A stretch of 64,000 nucleotides of DNA from Gammaproteobacteria bacterium. GTDB lineage: Bacteria; Pseudomonadota; Gammaproteobacteria; JAJFKG01. The position numbers were made by a program, and so were the translations under genes. Positions 28,458-38,575 of this stretch are shown one piece after another (the stretch's first letter is position 1; every line of letters begins with the position of its first letter). The stretch lies in contig OZ220716.1 in assembly GCA_965116795.1 (NCBI GenBank), positions 394,503 through 458,502 on the forward strand, read 5' to 3'. Below the pieces are notes generated by a model, which was not told the origin of the DNA, searched no databases, and saw only the letters and a program-made list of their open reading frames with translations.

Positions 28458-29360
28458 ATGTATAAACCAACAACACGCCACTATTTATTATTATCTCTAT
28501 CACAAACCATGGTGGCTATCGGTATTGTCTGTTCAAAATACCTATTAACACATTTACCCTTATTCGTTATTTTGGAATTACGTTTTGCGATTGCCACGTT
28601 GATTCTAGATAACGTTGGCCGCTTTGTGTATCGTGGACATAATATGCGTCATGCACGTATTCGATCGCGCGACTGGCTTGTTATTACAGCCAAAGCATTG
28701 TGTGCTGGATTCTTATTTAATGGATTAATGCTACTTGGGTTGCGTTACGCTAATGCCAGTGTTGCTGGCATCATCACCAGCACATTACCTGCTGTGGTTG
28801 CACTACTATCATTTTTTATTTTAAAAGAAGTACTCAGCCTAGAAAAATGGTTATGTATTGCTTTTGCGGTATTGGGTATTGCTGTTATCAATTTATTCAG
28901 TGCAACTCACGGTACAAATAGCAATTCATTGATTGGCGGTTTATTTATCTTATTATCCCTATTACCAGAAGCAATGTATTACATTTTAGTAAAACGTTTC
29001 CATACCCGTGTACCGGGGATTTTACTTGCAACCATTATTAATGGCATTAATGCATTGGCGTTCTTGCCATTTGCTTTGTATCAATTAAGCCACACCAGTC
29101 AAATACATTTAACACCGTTAATGTTAGGCATTTTGATTATCAGTGGCAGTGCTTCCAGCCTGTTTTATTTATTTTGGTATTTTGGCAGTAAAAATGTGCC
29201 AGCATCACTTGCCTCTTTCTTTACTGCTGTAATGCCAATCAGCACGATTATTATTGCTTGGCTGTTCTTGGCAGAAAGTCTACATCTAATGCAATTAATT
29301 GGTATGCTCTTTATTATTGGATCAATTGGATTGGGTACTCGTCGTAAGAAATCAGCTTAA
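28458..29360 (+). CDS. EamA/DMT-family transporter
   Basis: 10 TM; GLRYANASVAGIITSTLP..LKE, FLAE. Confidence 0.85.
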   Translation: MYKPTTRHYLLLSLSQTMVAIGIVCSKYLLTHLPLFVILELRFAIATLILDNVGRFVYRGHNMRHARIRSRDWLVITAKALCAGFLFNGLMLLGLRYANASVAGIITSTLPAVVALLSFFILKEVLSLEKWLCIAFAVLGIAVINLFSATHGTNSNSLIGGLFILLSLLPEAMYYILVKRFHTRVPGILLATIINGINALAFLPFALYQLSHTSQIHLTPLMLGILIISGSASSLFYLFWYFGSKNVPASLASFFTAVMPISTIIIAWLFLAESLHLMQLIGMLFIIGSIGLGTRRKKSA

Positions 29361-29399
29361 TCGTATGTTAAACACATTAGCTAACTGATATTATAGATT

Positions 29400-30533
29400 T
29401 TATTTTGCTTTTAACGTATTAAGCGCATCCACATAACCCGCAAACACATGTCGAGATAAGCTACGTGCCGCACTGGCTATTTCACTTTGTGCACCTTTAA
29501 CAGTCAATTCGAAATAGTGTACTGCACGTTGTACACATGGAGCAAATACCTTCTCCAAAGACTCACATGCATATGACGCAATTAAATCCGGTAAATTTGG
29601 TCGTTTAGCCGCATCCAACGAATACCAGGTTAAATACAGCGCTAATAATTGATTACCTGTTAATGCATCTTCTATCATCGTGCGTTTCATTGCACTATTT
29701 GTTAATTCGTTACCCCATACACCGCGCTGAACACCAAGAGAGAGTAAATGCAATGCATGTTGTGCTAATTGCAAATCGCTTCCGCGTGATGCCATTAATA
29801 AATAACGTAAGCTTAATTCTGGATTGCTGGTTAATTGAATCGAATCAGCCAGTGGTGGTTTACCCTCTACTGTCATCCCAGCTAACCATGCACCAAAACC
29901 TAATGCAACAGATTGATTACCACGACGTACTAATCTCGTGCACAAACTAACAAACTGACTCGCATCTTTAGGAATATAAGGTCTACCGTAGGCATACGCT
30001 AAAATTAAGGTTTCAATGGCAATTGCATGTTGCTGTTCAACTGCCAACATTAAGTAATGGATAGCTAAGCGGTAACGTTCTTGTGGTGTTAAGTGTGGAT
30101 CAGCTGTAATAAGCGCTTCAATTTCAGTAAAATTACCCGTTGCTGCATAACTACACCCTAAACGATAGGCTGCTTCAGCATGCTGACGTTCAGCAGCAAT
30201 TCGCAAAAACACAATCACATCTTCGCGCAGCACGTGTTGCGCACCAAGACCATCTAGTGCACGCTGTGCTAATAACATTGGTGCTTCGCCACTGCCCAGA
30301 TCCGTTGCTAATAACAAGGCATCAGCAATTTGATCAACTAACGCGGGATCTAATGCCGATTGATTTTGTGCTTGGCGACGACTGATATCGATCAAATCTA
30401 ATGCCTGATTGTAATAACGATCAGCACGATGATAGGCAACATCGCGATCAACAACGGCATACTGATTGGTTCCAACGGTAAGGGTTTTATATAACGGCCG
30501 GTAACGGCGCTGATCAGACAACTGTGCATCCAT
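29400..30533 (-). CDS. Sel1-like repeat hypothetical protein
   Basis: AAERQHAEAAYRLG, AVEQQHAIA..L..AY.YG Sel1-like helices; SD GAGG. Confidence 0.6.
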   Translation of the reverse strand: MDAQLSDQRRYRPLYKTLTVGTNQYAVVDRDVAYHRADRYYNQALDLIDISRRQAQNQSALDPALVDQIADALLLATDLGSGEAPMLLAQRALDGLGAQHVLREDVIVFLRIAAERQHAEAAYRLGCSYAATGNFTEIEALITADPHLTPQERYRLAIHYLMLAVEQQHAIAIETLILAYAYGRPYIPKDASQFVSLCTRLVRRGNQSVALGFGAWLAGMTVEGKPPLADSIQLTSNPELSLRYLLMASRGSDLQLAQHALHLLSLGVQRGVWGNELTNSAMKRTMIEDALTGNQLLALYLTWYSLDAAKRPNLPDLIASYACESLEKVFAPCVQRAVHYFELTVKGAQSEIASAARSLSRHVFAGYVDALNTLKAK

Positions 30534-30832
30534 GACTATACCTCGCTTCCATGCTAAACGGATCTACCCATCCGTGTAGTCACTGTGTTGAACATTCCAT
30601 TGCTCACTCACCGCTAGATCGGTGAGTTTGTAGTGTAGCCGCAACTTAGATCAGTCGTCAAGCACTTATTGCCAGAAAATTACAGATTTTTTGGATTGAA
30701 TCGTGATCTCATCTAAAAAAAATCGTCTTAATAAGACAAATCCACGATAACATCGTTATATGTGTAAGACTCTGTGGATAATCCTACGCTCTTCCCCTCC
30801 CTTTCAGTAGGTTAATCCGTTAAGATGTCTCT

Positions 30833-32707
30833 TTGATTACTAATAGCGTCATTATCACTATGCCCAACTATTTCAACATCAATGACCATGCGCAAGAAAT
30901 GAGCTTATTCCAACGTCGGCTCTGCATAACGTGTCTGTTATTGGTATTGGCGATCATCATGATTATTGCTCGTCTTTATTTACTGCAACTGGTTGAGCAT
31001 CGCCGCTACACAACACTATCAGAACAAAATCAATTGGATTTAGTCCCGTTAGCCCCTAATCGTGGATTAATTTACGATCGTAATGGTGTCTTGCTCGCTG
31101 AAAATTTACCGGTATTCAGTTTGGAAATCATACCAGATAAAGTGACCCATCTTGACGATACTATTAATGCACTAAAACAACTGATTACCATCACCGATGA
31201 CGATATCCAACAATTTCACAAACAAATGAAGCAGCAACGGCGTTTTGATGCTATTCCACTCAAGTTGCAATTAACCCCAAGCGATGTTGCAGTCTTCTCG
31301 GTGAATCAGCACCGTTTTCCTGGTATAGCGATTAATGCACGATTACTACGCTATTATCCATTAGGAAAAACCATGGTCAACGTGCTTGGTTATATTGGTC
31401 GCATTAACGCTAATGAATTACGTCAATTAGATAGCGGTAATTACCGTGCCACTCATTATGTCGGTAAACTTGGTATTGAAAAATATTATGAAGCCCAATT
31501 ACATGGTCAAGTAGGTTATGAGCGTGTTGAAAAAGATGTAAGTGGTCGCAGTGTACGCGTACTCGATCATCGTCTACCAACTCCTGGAAATAATTTATAT
31601 TTAACCATCGACAGTCGTTTGCAGATTGCTGCTGACATGGCATTAGGTAAACATCGTGGTGCTGTTGTTGCGATCCAACCTACAACCGGACAAGTACTCG
31701 CATTAGTCAGTCGCCCTGCGTATGATCCTAATCTATTTGTTAAAGGCATCAAACAACAAGTCTATGATCATTTACGTCAATCACCTGATCAACCGTTATT
31801 CAATCGTGCTGTACGTGGCCTGTATCCACCTGGTTCGATTGTTAAACCGATGTATACATTGACCGCATTGGGTAATCATATCATTACCCCACAATGGCAA
31901 GTCTACGATAAAGGATGGTACCAATTACCCAACAGCTCACACCGATTTCGTAATTGGAACCAAGACGGGCTAGGCTGGATGAATGCTAACAATGCGCTGG
32001 TACAATCCTCAGACGTGTTTTTTTACGTGCTTGCGCGCAAATTAGGTATTGAACGTATGCAAACTATTTTGCAAGCATTTGGTTTTGGTGCACTGACTCA
32101 CATTGACATAGGCGAAGAATTAGCTGGAATCGTTCCCGATCCTGCTTGGAAACGGGCACATAAAGGAAAACCCTGGTATCCAGGTGATACATTAATTACT
32201 GGGATTGGTCAAGGGTCATTGATAGTCACACCACTGCAAATGGCTAGCGCTAGTGCAACGTTAGCCATGCGTGGTAAACGTTTTAAACCTTACTTGGTGC
32301 TCAAACAACAAACCCCTAATTTACAAGATCACTATGCGACACCACTTGCGCAACCAGCAGTTCAATTACCTAATGATGCATGGTCTCATGTTACTCGTGC
32401 AATGCAACAAGTGATTACAAGCGCACAAGGTACTGGGTTTCGCTTTGGCCACCCACGCTATTCAGTGGCAGCAAAAACAGGTACTGCCCAATTATTTACG
32501 ATTAAACAGAATGAAAACTATGATGATTTGAACGTGCCGGAACGGCTACGTGATCATTCAACGTTTATTGCATTTGCACCAGTTAAACAACCTGAAATTG
32601 CCATTGCAGTTATCGTTGAAAACAGTCCGATGGCACCAAATGTGGCACGTAAAGTCATGGATACGTATTTATTACAGTACACTGATAACAAAGTGAAACC
32701 ATCATGA
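30833..32707 (+). CDS. mrdA: Penicillin-binding protein 2
   Basis: RGLIYDRNG, YPPGSIVKP (SxxK), SSDVFFY, KTGTAQ. Confidence 0.95.
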   Translation: MITNSVIITMPNYFNINDHAQEMSLFQRRLCITCLLLVLAIIMIIARLYLLQLVEHRRYTTLSEQNQLDLVPLAPNRGLIYDRNGVLLAENLPVFSLEIIPDKVTHLDDTINALKQLITITDDDIQQFHKQMKQQRRFDAIPLKLQLTPSDVAVFSVNQHRFPGIAINARLLRYYPLGKTMVNVLGYIGRINANELRQLDSGNYRATHYVGKLGIEKYYEAQLHGQVGYERVEKDVSGRSVRVLDHRLPTPGNNLYLTIDSRLQIAADMALGKHRGAVVAIQPTTGQVLALVSRPAYDPNLFVKGIKQQVYDHLRQSPDQPLFNRAVRGLYPPGSIVKPMYTLTALGNHIITPQWQVYDKGWYQLPNSSHRFRNWNQDGLGWMNANNALVQSSDVFFYVLARKLGIERMQTILQAFGFGALTHIDIGEELAGIVPDPAWKRAHKGKPWYPGDTLITGIGQGSLIVTPLQMASASATLAMRGKRFKPYLVLKQQTPNLQDHYATPLAQPAVQLPNDAWSHVTRAMQQVITSAQGTGFRFGHPRYSVAAKTGTAQLFTIKQNENYDDLNVPERLRDHSTFIAFAPVKQPEIAIAVIVENSPMAPNVARKVMDTYLLQYTDNKVKPS

Positions 32708-33843
32708 TTAATATATTGCAATACATACTGACTACTCGGCATCAGCATGAATGTCGTCATCAAACACTATTACAACGCTTACATATTGACGGTGTCTTAC
32801 TCTGCGGTTTGTTATTATTAGCTGGATTTGGGTTAACTATCTTATTTAGTGCCAGTGGTGAAGAAACGCAGATCGTCTTGCGTCAAGTTATCCGTGTCAG
32901 CATTGCGATATGGATCATGTTGCTTGCTGCACAAATCCCACCACATCAATACTACCGCTGGACACCCTGGATCTTTGCCATTGGCTTAATTGGCTTAATA
33001 CTGGTGTTATTAATGGGGCATGTTGGTAAAGGTGCACAACGCTGGTTAAGCCTTGGCATTGTACATTTACAACCATCAGAATTAATGAAACTAGCTATTC
33101 CAATGATAATTGCCTGGTATTTTCATCGACGTCATTTACCACCAAAAACCAAAGATATTATCATCACCGGCATGTTAATGCTGATCCCAGCATTACTGAC
33201 CGCGCGTCAACCTGATTTGGGAACAGCGATTATGTTAATCGCCGCGGGTGGGTTCGTTTTGATTTTAGCAGGCATCGCATGGCAATGGATTATTACCGCT
33301 GTCATTGGTGTCAGTGCACTTATGCCATTTATCTGGCATTTTATGCATGACTACCAACGTCAACGGATATTAACATTTTTAAATCCTGAACGTGATCCAC
33401 TGGGCACAGGCTACCATATTATCCAATCGAAAATTGCAATTGGTTCTGGCGGCTTTTTTGGTAAAGGTTGGTTACACGGCACCCAATCCCATTTAAATTT
33501 CCTGCCAGAACACGCCACTGACTTTATCTTTGCGGTATGTGGAGAAGAATTCGGTTTGCTCGGCTGCCTGATATTATTGATGTGTTATTTCTATATTACT
33601 GGACGTGGGTTGTATATTAGTTTACAGGCACAAGATACATACACTCGGTTATTAGCGGGCAGTCTCAGTTTAACATTTTGCTTATCTGCATTAATTAATA
33701 TCGGTATGGTCAGCGGGATTCTGCCTGTGGTTGGGTTACCACTACCACTGGTCAGTTACGGCGGCACATCACTGGTAACCGTATTTGCTGGATTTGGGAT
33801 CTTAATGTCAATTCATACACATCGTAAGTTACTATCTGGTTAA
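32704..33843 (+). CDS. rodA: Rod shape-determining protein RodA
   Basis: GAQRW, QPSE, QPDLGT, GYHIIQS, FLPEHATDFIF, SYGGTS. Confidence 0.96.
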   Translation: MINILQYILTTRHQHECRHQTLLQRLHIDGVLLCGLLLLAGFGLTILFSASGEETQIVLRQVIRVSIAIWIMLLAAQIPPHQYYRWTPWIFAIGLIGLILVLLMGHVGKGAQRWLSLGIVHLQPSELMKLAIPMIIAWYFHRRHLPPKTKDIIITGMLMLIPALLTARQPDLGTAIMLIAAGGFVLILAGIAWQWIITAVIGVSALMPFIWHFMHDYQRQRILTFLNPERDPLGTGYHIIQSKIAIGSGGFFGKGWLHGTQSHLNFLPEHATDFIFAVCGEEFGLLGCLILLMCYFYITGRGLYISLQAQDTYTRLLAGSLSLTFCLSALINIGMVSGILPVVGLPLPLVSYGGTSLVTVFAGFGILMSIHTHRKLLSG

Positions 33844-33903
33844 ACCTAAATTCCGCATTTGAACTGACGACGAGAAGGGCTAGTTTAACTGCGGAATTTA
33901 GGT
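33844..33903. mobile_element. MITE family A, internally deleted 60-bp copy, TAA target duplication (rodA stop)
   Basis: ACCTAAATTCCGCA...TGCGGAATTTAGGT; TAA at 33841-33843 and 33904-33906. Confidence 0.75.
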
Positions 33904-33928
33904 TAAATCGTTTTTGCGATTTGAGGTG

Positions 33929-33962
33929 CAACAAAGCCTACAATTCAAGTGCGCAGAGTATA
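33929..33962 (+). repeat. ERIC/IRU-like repeat family C, right half
   Basis: CAACAAAGCCTACAATTCAAG..GAGTATA shared with 40099-40132. Confidence 0.55.
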
Positions 33963-34043
33963 GTCTGATTGATTTATATTCTTTTCAAAGTATGCTAGTC
34001 TACATTTAGTGATATTAATGATGAATAAATTACGAGGCAATAC

Positions 34044-35114
34044 ATGAAATACCGACGTATTCTCGCACTATTAGTCATTGCTACCATCAGCTGTTTTCAT
34101 GGTGTGCTTGCCAATACCACATCGAGTAAAACAGCGATCATATCAGCAACACCGCTATTGCAACGATCAGATGTGCAACAATTTATTCAGCAAGTCACTG
34201 ATAACTATCATTTAAATCGTCGTTATATCGAACACGTGATGGCAACAGCACATCTACAAGCTAACGTCATTAATGCAATGAATCGTCCATACGAAGCTAA
34301 ACCGTGGTATATGTACCGTGCGCGTTTCTTAACGCAAGATCGGATTCAAAAAGGAGCGGATTTCTGGCAACAACATGCAGATACACTAGCCAAAGCAGAG
34401 GAAATATATGGTGTGCCTGCCAGTGTAATCGTCGCCATTATCGGCGTTGAAACGTATTATGGTAAACAACGTGGACATTTCTCTGTACTAGATGCATTAA
34501 CAACATTGGCCTTTGAATATCCTAAACGCAGTCGGTTTTTTAAAAAAGAATTAGCTGAATTTTTAGTACTGGCTCACGATAATGGTATTAATCCAACGAC
34601 GGTTAAAGGTTCTTACGCTGGTGCTATTGGACAACCACAATTTATGCCGAGTAGCTATCGACATTATGCAGTTGATTTTGCTCATAATGGACAGATTAAT
34701 TTATTTGATAATACTGATGATGTGATTGGTTCTGTTGCTAATTATTTACGTGAAAATGGCTGGCAACCTAAACAACCTATCGCACAAGCTGTTACGCTAA
34801 GCCGTCAACACAATATACACTTAGCTAACAAACAACTCAAAATGCCTTATACAGTCAATCAATTGCGCAAATGGGGCATACACACTAATGCTAACTTGCC
34901 TGCTGGATTACCGGTTAATATAGTCGGCCTACGCCAAACTAAACAACACGATGAATATTGGTTAGGGTTTCCTAATTTTTACGTGATCACACGTTACAAT
35001 ACTAGCTCATTATATGCTATGGCTGTATACACATTAAGTAATGCCATTTATCAAGAACGTCAACAACAGCTTGTTCAAGACAATACAAAAAACTTAGCTA
35101 AGCAATCATCGTAA
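34044..35114 (+). CDS. mltB: Membrane-bound lytic murein transglycosylase B
   Basis: IIGVETYYG, GSYAGAIGQPQFMPSSY, SVANYL...GW, ITRYN.S..YAMAV. Confidence 0.95.
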   Translation: MKYRRILALLVIATISCFHGVLANTTSSKTAIISATPLLQRSDVQQFIQQVTDNYHLNRRYIEHVMATAHLQANVINAMNRPYEAKPWYMYRARFLTQDRIQKGADFWQQHADTLAKAEEIYGVPASVIVAIIGVETYYGKQRGHFSVLDALTTLAFEYPKRSRFFKKELAEFLVLAHDNGINPTTVKGSYAGAIGQPQFMPSSYRHYAVDFAHNGQINLFDNTDDVIGSVANYLRENGWQPKQPIAQAVTLSRQHNIHLANKQLKMPYTVNQLRKWGIHTNANLPAGLPVNIVGLRQTKQHDEYWLGFPNFYVITRYNTSSLYAMAVYTLSNAIYQERQQQLVQDNTKNLAKQSS

Positions 35115-35118
35115 TCAT

Positions 35119-35889
35119 TCATTGTTTTGTTTTAATAAAAATCGCATCGGCTACTCGATCAAAGCCACTGAGATCTAATACGAAATCACCTACGTTAGCG
35201 TATAGCTGAGTAGAACTGCCTCCATCTAAATTCAATGCATCCTGACACCCTAAGCCACCTTGTTGATTACTTTGACGTGACAGTTTTGCTAAGTCTGTAG
35301 TACTGATCAGTGTGTGTTGAGTCACTGCTAAAATAACCTTGCCTGTTGTCGTAATGCAGACCATCGAGCGTTGTGCAGCTCCTGGTTTTAAACGTAATAC
35401 ATTACCATTTGCTAATAACCGTGGGCCAGCTTGTAATGCAAACGTAACCTGTTCGTCATGCTTAAAGCGACGCTGTGCAACAATATATGGACGATGATTA
35501 CGTATGTAAAAAACACCCCACCAACTAATCGATTTAATCGGTGATCGTTGCTGACCATGCTGAATGCGTAAGCCAAGTGGTTGTGAATTTGGAGTAAAAA
35601 AACCGCCATTAATTGCTAAAACGGCATCATTGACTTGCGCCAATTGCTTAACAGATGCCAATGGTTGTTGGTTATCACGTGCAAATGCCAAATCCAATTG
35701 ATAATCAGCCACATCAATTTGAAAGGCATGCAACGTGCCTTGGGTAAACGCAGTAACAGGTAATGTAATTTGAGTATATTGCAAACCCTTGGCAAGGGTT
35801 CGCCAAGTCACTGGTGATGATTGTGCATAACCAACGGCTATACTGGTTGATAATATGCAACATAAGATTATTTTCTTAGTCACTAACAT
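35119..35889 (-). CDS. Phosphodiester glycosidase (NAGPA) family exported protein
   Basis: AINGGFF, QAGPRLL, ALNLDGGSST; signal peptide. Confidence 0.85.
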   Translation of the reverse strand: MLVTKKIILCCILSTSIAVGYAQSSPVTWRTLAKGLQYTQITLPVTAFTQGTLHAFQIDVADYQLDLAFARDNQQPLASVKQLAQVNDAVLAINGGFFTPNSQPLGLRIQHGQQRSPIKSISWWGVFYIRNHRPYIVAQRRFKHDEQVTFALQAGPRLLANGNVLRLKPGAAQRSMVCITTTGKVILAVTQHTLISTTDLAKLSRQSNQQGGLGCQDALNLDGGSSTQLYANVGDFVLDLSGFDRVADAIFIKTKQ

Positions 35890-35929
35890 AAACTATTTAT
35901 TACACCTTTAAAGTTCTGCGTCACTTTTT

Positions 35930-36640
35930 TTAGATTTTTATTTCATCTCTTTTATAAAATAACAGATCCCAAACATTATGCCCACGCTGTAAGCCTCGTT
36001 TTTCAAACTTTGTTTGTGGACGTGTTGCTGGTCTTGGTGAAAATTGGCCAACACCAGCGGCATTGACCCATCCAGGCATTGCGGTTAACAATGCTAATAT
36101 CTCATCTGCATAATGTTGCCAATCCGTAGCAATATGTAAAAAACCATTTGGCTTTAATTGTTGCTGTAACAATGTTAAAAACGGTAATTGCAATAAACGA
36201 CGTTTATGATGACGTTGCTTTGGCCACGGATCAGGAAAAAATATTTGAAAACCATCCCAGGTGTTTTCAGTAAAATGTTGTGTTAATAATACATTGGCGT
36301 CGCCATGTAAAATACGCACATTAGTTATCTGTGCCACATCAATTGCTGATAATAACGCACCAATACCCGGCGAATGCACTTCAATACCGACATAATCAAT
36401 ATCAGAATGTGCCAATGCCATTTGTAACAGTGACTGTCCCATACCAAATCCAACTTCACACACACGTTTTGCATCACGTTGAAAAATTGCGGTTAAATCA
36501 AGTAATGTATTTGCTGTTGGGGTTAATCCGTATCGTGGCCACAGCTGATCAAGTGCTTGTTGTTGACGCGTTGTCATGCGCCCTTGACGTAATACAAAAC
36601 TACGAATGGATCGATATACTGGTGATGAATTGGTCTGCAT
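35930..36640 (-). CDS. trmB: tRNA (guanine-N7)-methyltransferase
   Basis: IRSFVLRQGR, EVGFGMG, GIEVH, FFPDPWPK.RHHKRR, ATDW, TKFE. Confidence 0.97.
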   Translation of the reverse strand: MQTNSSPVYRSIRSFVLRQGRMTTRQQQALDQLWPRYGLTPTANTLLDLTAIFQRDAKRVCEVGFGMGQSLLQMALAHSDIDYVGIEVHSPGIGALLSAIDVAQITNVRILHGDANVLLTQHFTENTWDGFQIFFPDPWPKQRHHKRRLLQLPFLTLLQQQLKPNGFLHIATDWQHYADEILALLTAMPGWVNAAGVGQFSPRPATRPQTKFEKRGLQRGHNVWDLLFYKRDEIKI

Positions 36641-36772
36641 GTTAGCTAGCTATAGTTTTACTATTAATATTGCCTATGTTTTTCAGCAAAATATTATACA
36701 TTATCCTACAAAAAATGTGACTTATTTTGCTAGATTAATTATACCAATTCTTTTAGTATAATGACTACATTT

Positions 36773-36843
36773 GCGGGTGTAGTTCAATGGTAGAACATCA
36801 GCTTCCCAAGCTGAGAACGTGGGTTCGATTCCCATCACCCGCT
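36773..36843 (+). tRNA. tRNA-Gly(CCC), CCA not encoded
   Basis: GCGGGTG/CACCCGC acceptor stem; TCAGC-TTCCCAA-GCTGA anticodon arm; GGTTCGATTCC; TATAAT at 36757. Confidence 0.95.
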
Positions 36844-36868
36844 CAAGTCAGCTGTTAGGGAGAACATC

Positions 36869-38575
36869 ATGAAAAAAGCGATCAAAATTGCCTTTATTAC
36901 GATTGCCAGCTTACTATTGTTATTGATCATTGGCTTAGTTGTGGTGGTCAACACCATTGACTTAAACGATTATAAATCTCAAATCAGTACCCAAATACAA
37001 CAAGCAACGGGTAGGCCATTAACAATTGATGGTAACATTAACTGGTCGCTATTTCCTTGGTTAGGAATCACAGTAGAGCAAGTAACACTAGGCAATCCAC
37101 GCGATTTTCCTGACAAAACACCACTTGTCGCCGTAGCACAAATTGATATTAGCGTTAAACTGTTATCACTACTATCTGGTCAGGTAGATGTCGATACATT
37201 TGCATTAAAAAAACCAACTATACATTTGATCACATCTAAACAAGGTCATACGAACTTTGATTTTAAACAACATACTGATTCAATCACCATTACACAACAA
37301 TCTAAAGGTTCATCCAGTAGTAACGCACAATCTACCCCATCAACCATTAGCGCAGATGTTCACGATTTGAATATTAGCAGTGGTAAACTTATTTGGGATG
37401 ACAAACAAACTAATCAACGTGCTGTCTTTAATAATATTAATATCACGATCAAACATGCAGGATTAAGTCAATCGCACATCCAGTTAAATACTATTAAATT
37501 TACTGTGAACGCTAGCACATTGCATGGTGACGTTGATATTACTAAACTAACAACTGCACCCAATGCTAAGTTTGATTTACACATCGACACATTAAATCTT
37601 GATCAGTATTTAGAGTCGAAACCACCCACAACTGCACAACAACATACACAATACAATTTTAGTCCAATTGCTACTGCATATGCTGCACCTACAACTACAT
37701 CACCTCCTTGGATAGGCATGTTGCGTCAATTACATGCGAATGGTCAACTGCATATTGATCAACTACAAGCCATGAACTTTCACGCTACTGATGTAACATT
37801 AGGATTACAAGCACGTGCGGGTAAGCTGCAAATAACCCCCATGCAAGCAACTTTCTACAAGGGTACCTATGAAGGAAAATATGTAATCGATGTTAGTTCC
37901 GGAACACCACAAATGACTGCTTCAGAAACATTGCGTAATGTTGCACTACAGCCGATGTTAAAAGATGCATTGGGCAGTACTATGATGACTGGTAAATTAC
38001 AATTTCATATTAATGGGTCTACACACGGATTTACTCAGCAAGCCATGCTGCAAAACATGCAAGGTAACGGCAATTTTCAGGTGGATAATGGTGCACTGCA
38101 AGGCATTGACATCAGGCATCAACTACAATCGATTAGTCAATTTGCTACTGCTGCGAACAAAAAAACATTTCCATCAATACCAGCTGGTCAATCCAGTCGT
38201 GGACAAACTAAATTTACAAAATTATCAGGCAGCATACAGATAAATAATGGCATTGCGCGTAATCATGACTTCATTTTGGCATCACCACAATTCCAAATCA
38301 CCGGAAAAGGGAGTGTTAACTTAGTATCGCAAGCAGTGAACTATCGTTTGCAAATTACTGAAGGTGCTAATGCAAATAAGAGTACGCATCAATTATTTGC
38401 AAAAATTGGCAGTGTGTTAGGCAAAGATCAATTACCGATTTTGATCAGTGGCTCACTAACGCATATGACTGCTTCGCCTGATTGGACATCGATCCAAGGC
38501 AATGTGCTTAAACATCAAGGCAAACAATTATTGCAGGATACGGGTAAACAATTAAAGAAATTACTTAAGTTTTAA
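36869..38575 (+). CDS. asmA: AsmA-family protein
   Basis: N-terminal TM, NDYK.QI...TGR.L.IDG.I.WSLFPWLG, C-terminal G.G.VNL; asmA-mutY-yggX synteny. Confidence 0.88.
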   Translation: MKKAIKIAFITIASLLLLLIIGLVVVVNTIDLNDYKSQISTQIQQATGRPLTIDGNINWSLFPWLGITVEQVTLGNPRDFPDKTPLVAVAQIDISVKLLSLLSGQVDVDTFALKKPTIHLITSKQGHTNFDFKQHTDSITITQQSKGSSSSNAQSTPSTISADVHDLNISSGKLIWDDKQTNQRAVFNNINITIKHAGLSQSHIQLNTIKFTVNASTLHGDVDITKLTTAPNAKFDLHIDTLNLDQYLESKPPTTAQQHTQYNFSPIATAYAAPTTTSPPWIGMLRQLHANGQLHIDQLQAMNFHATDVTLGLQARAGKLQITPMQATFYKGTYEGKYVIDVSSGTPQMTASETLRNVALQPMLKDALGSTMMTGKLQFHINGSTHGFTQQAMLQNMQGNGNFQVDNGALQGIDIRHQLQSISQFATAANKKTFPSIPAGQSSRGQTKFTKLSGSIQINNGIARNHDFILASPQFQITGKGSVNLVSQAVNYRLQITEGANANKSTHQLFAKIGSVLGKDQLPILISGSLTHMTASPDWTSIQGNVLKHQGKQLLQDTGKQLKKLLKF

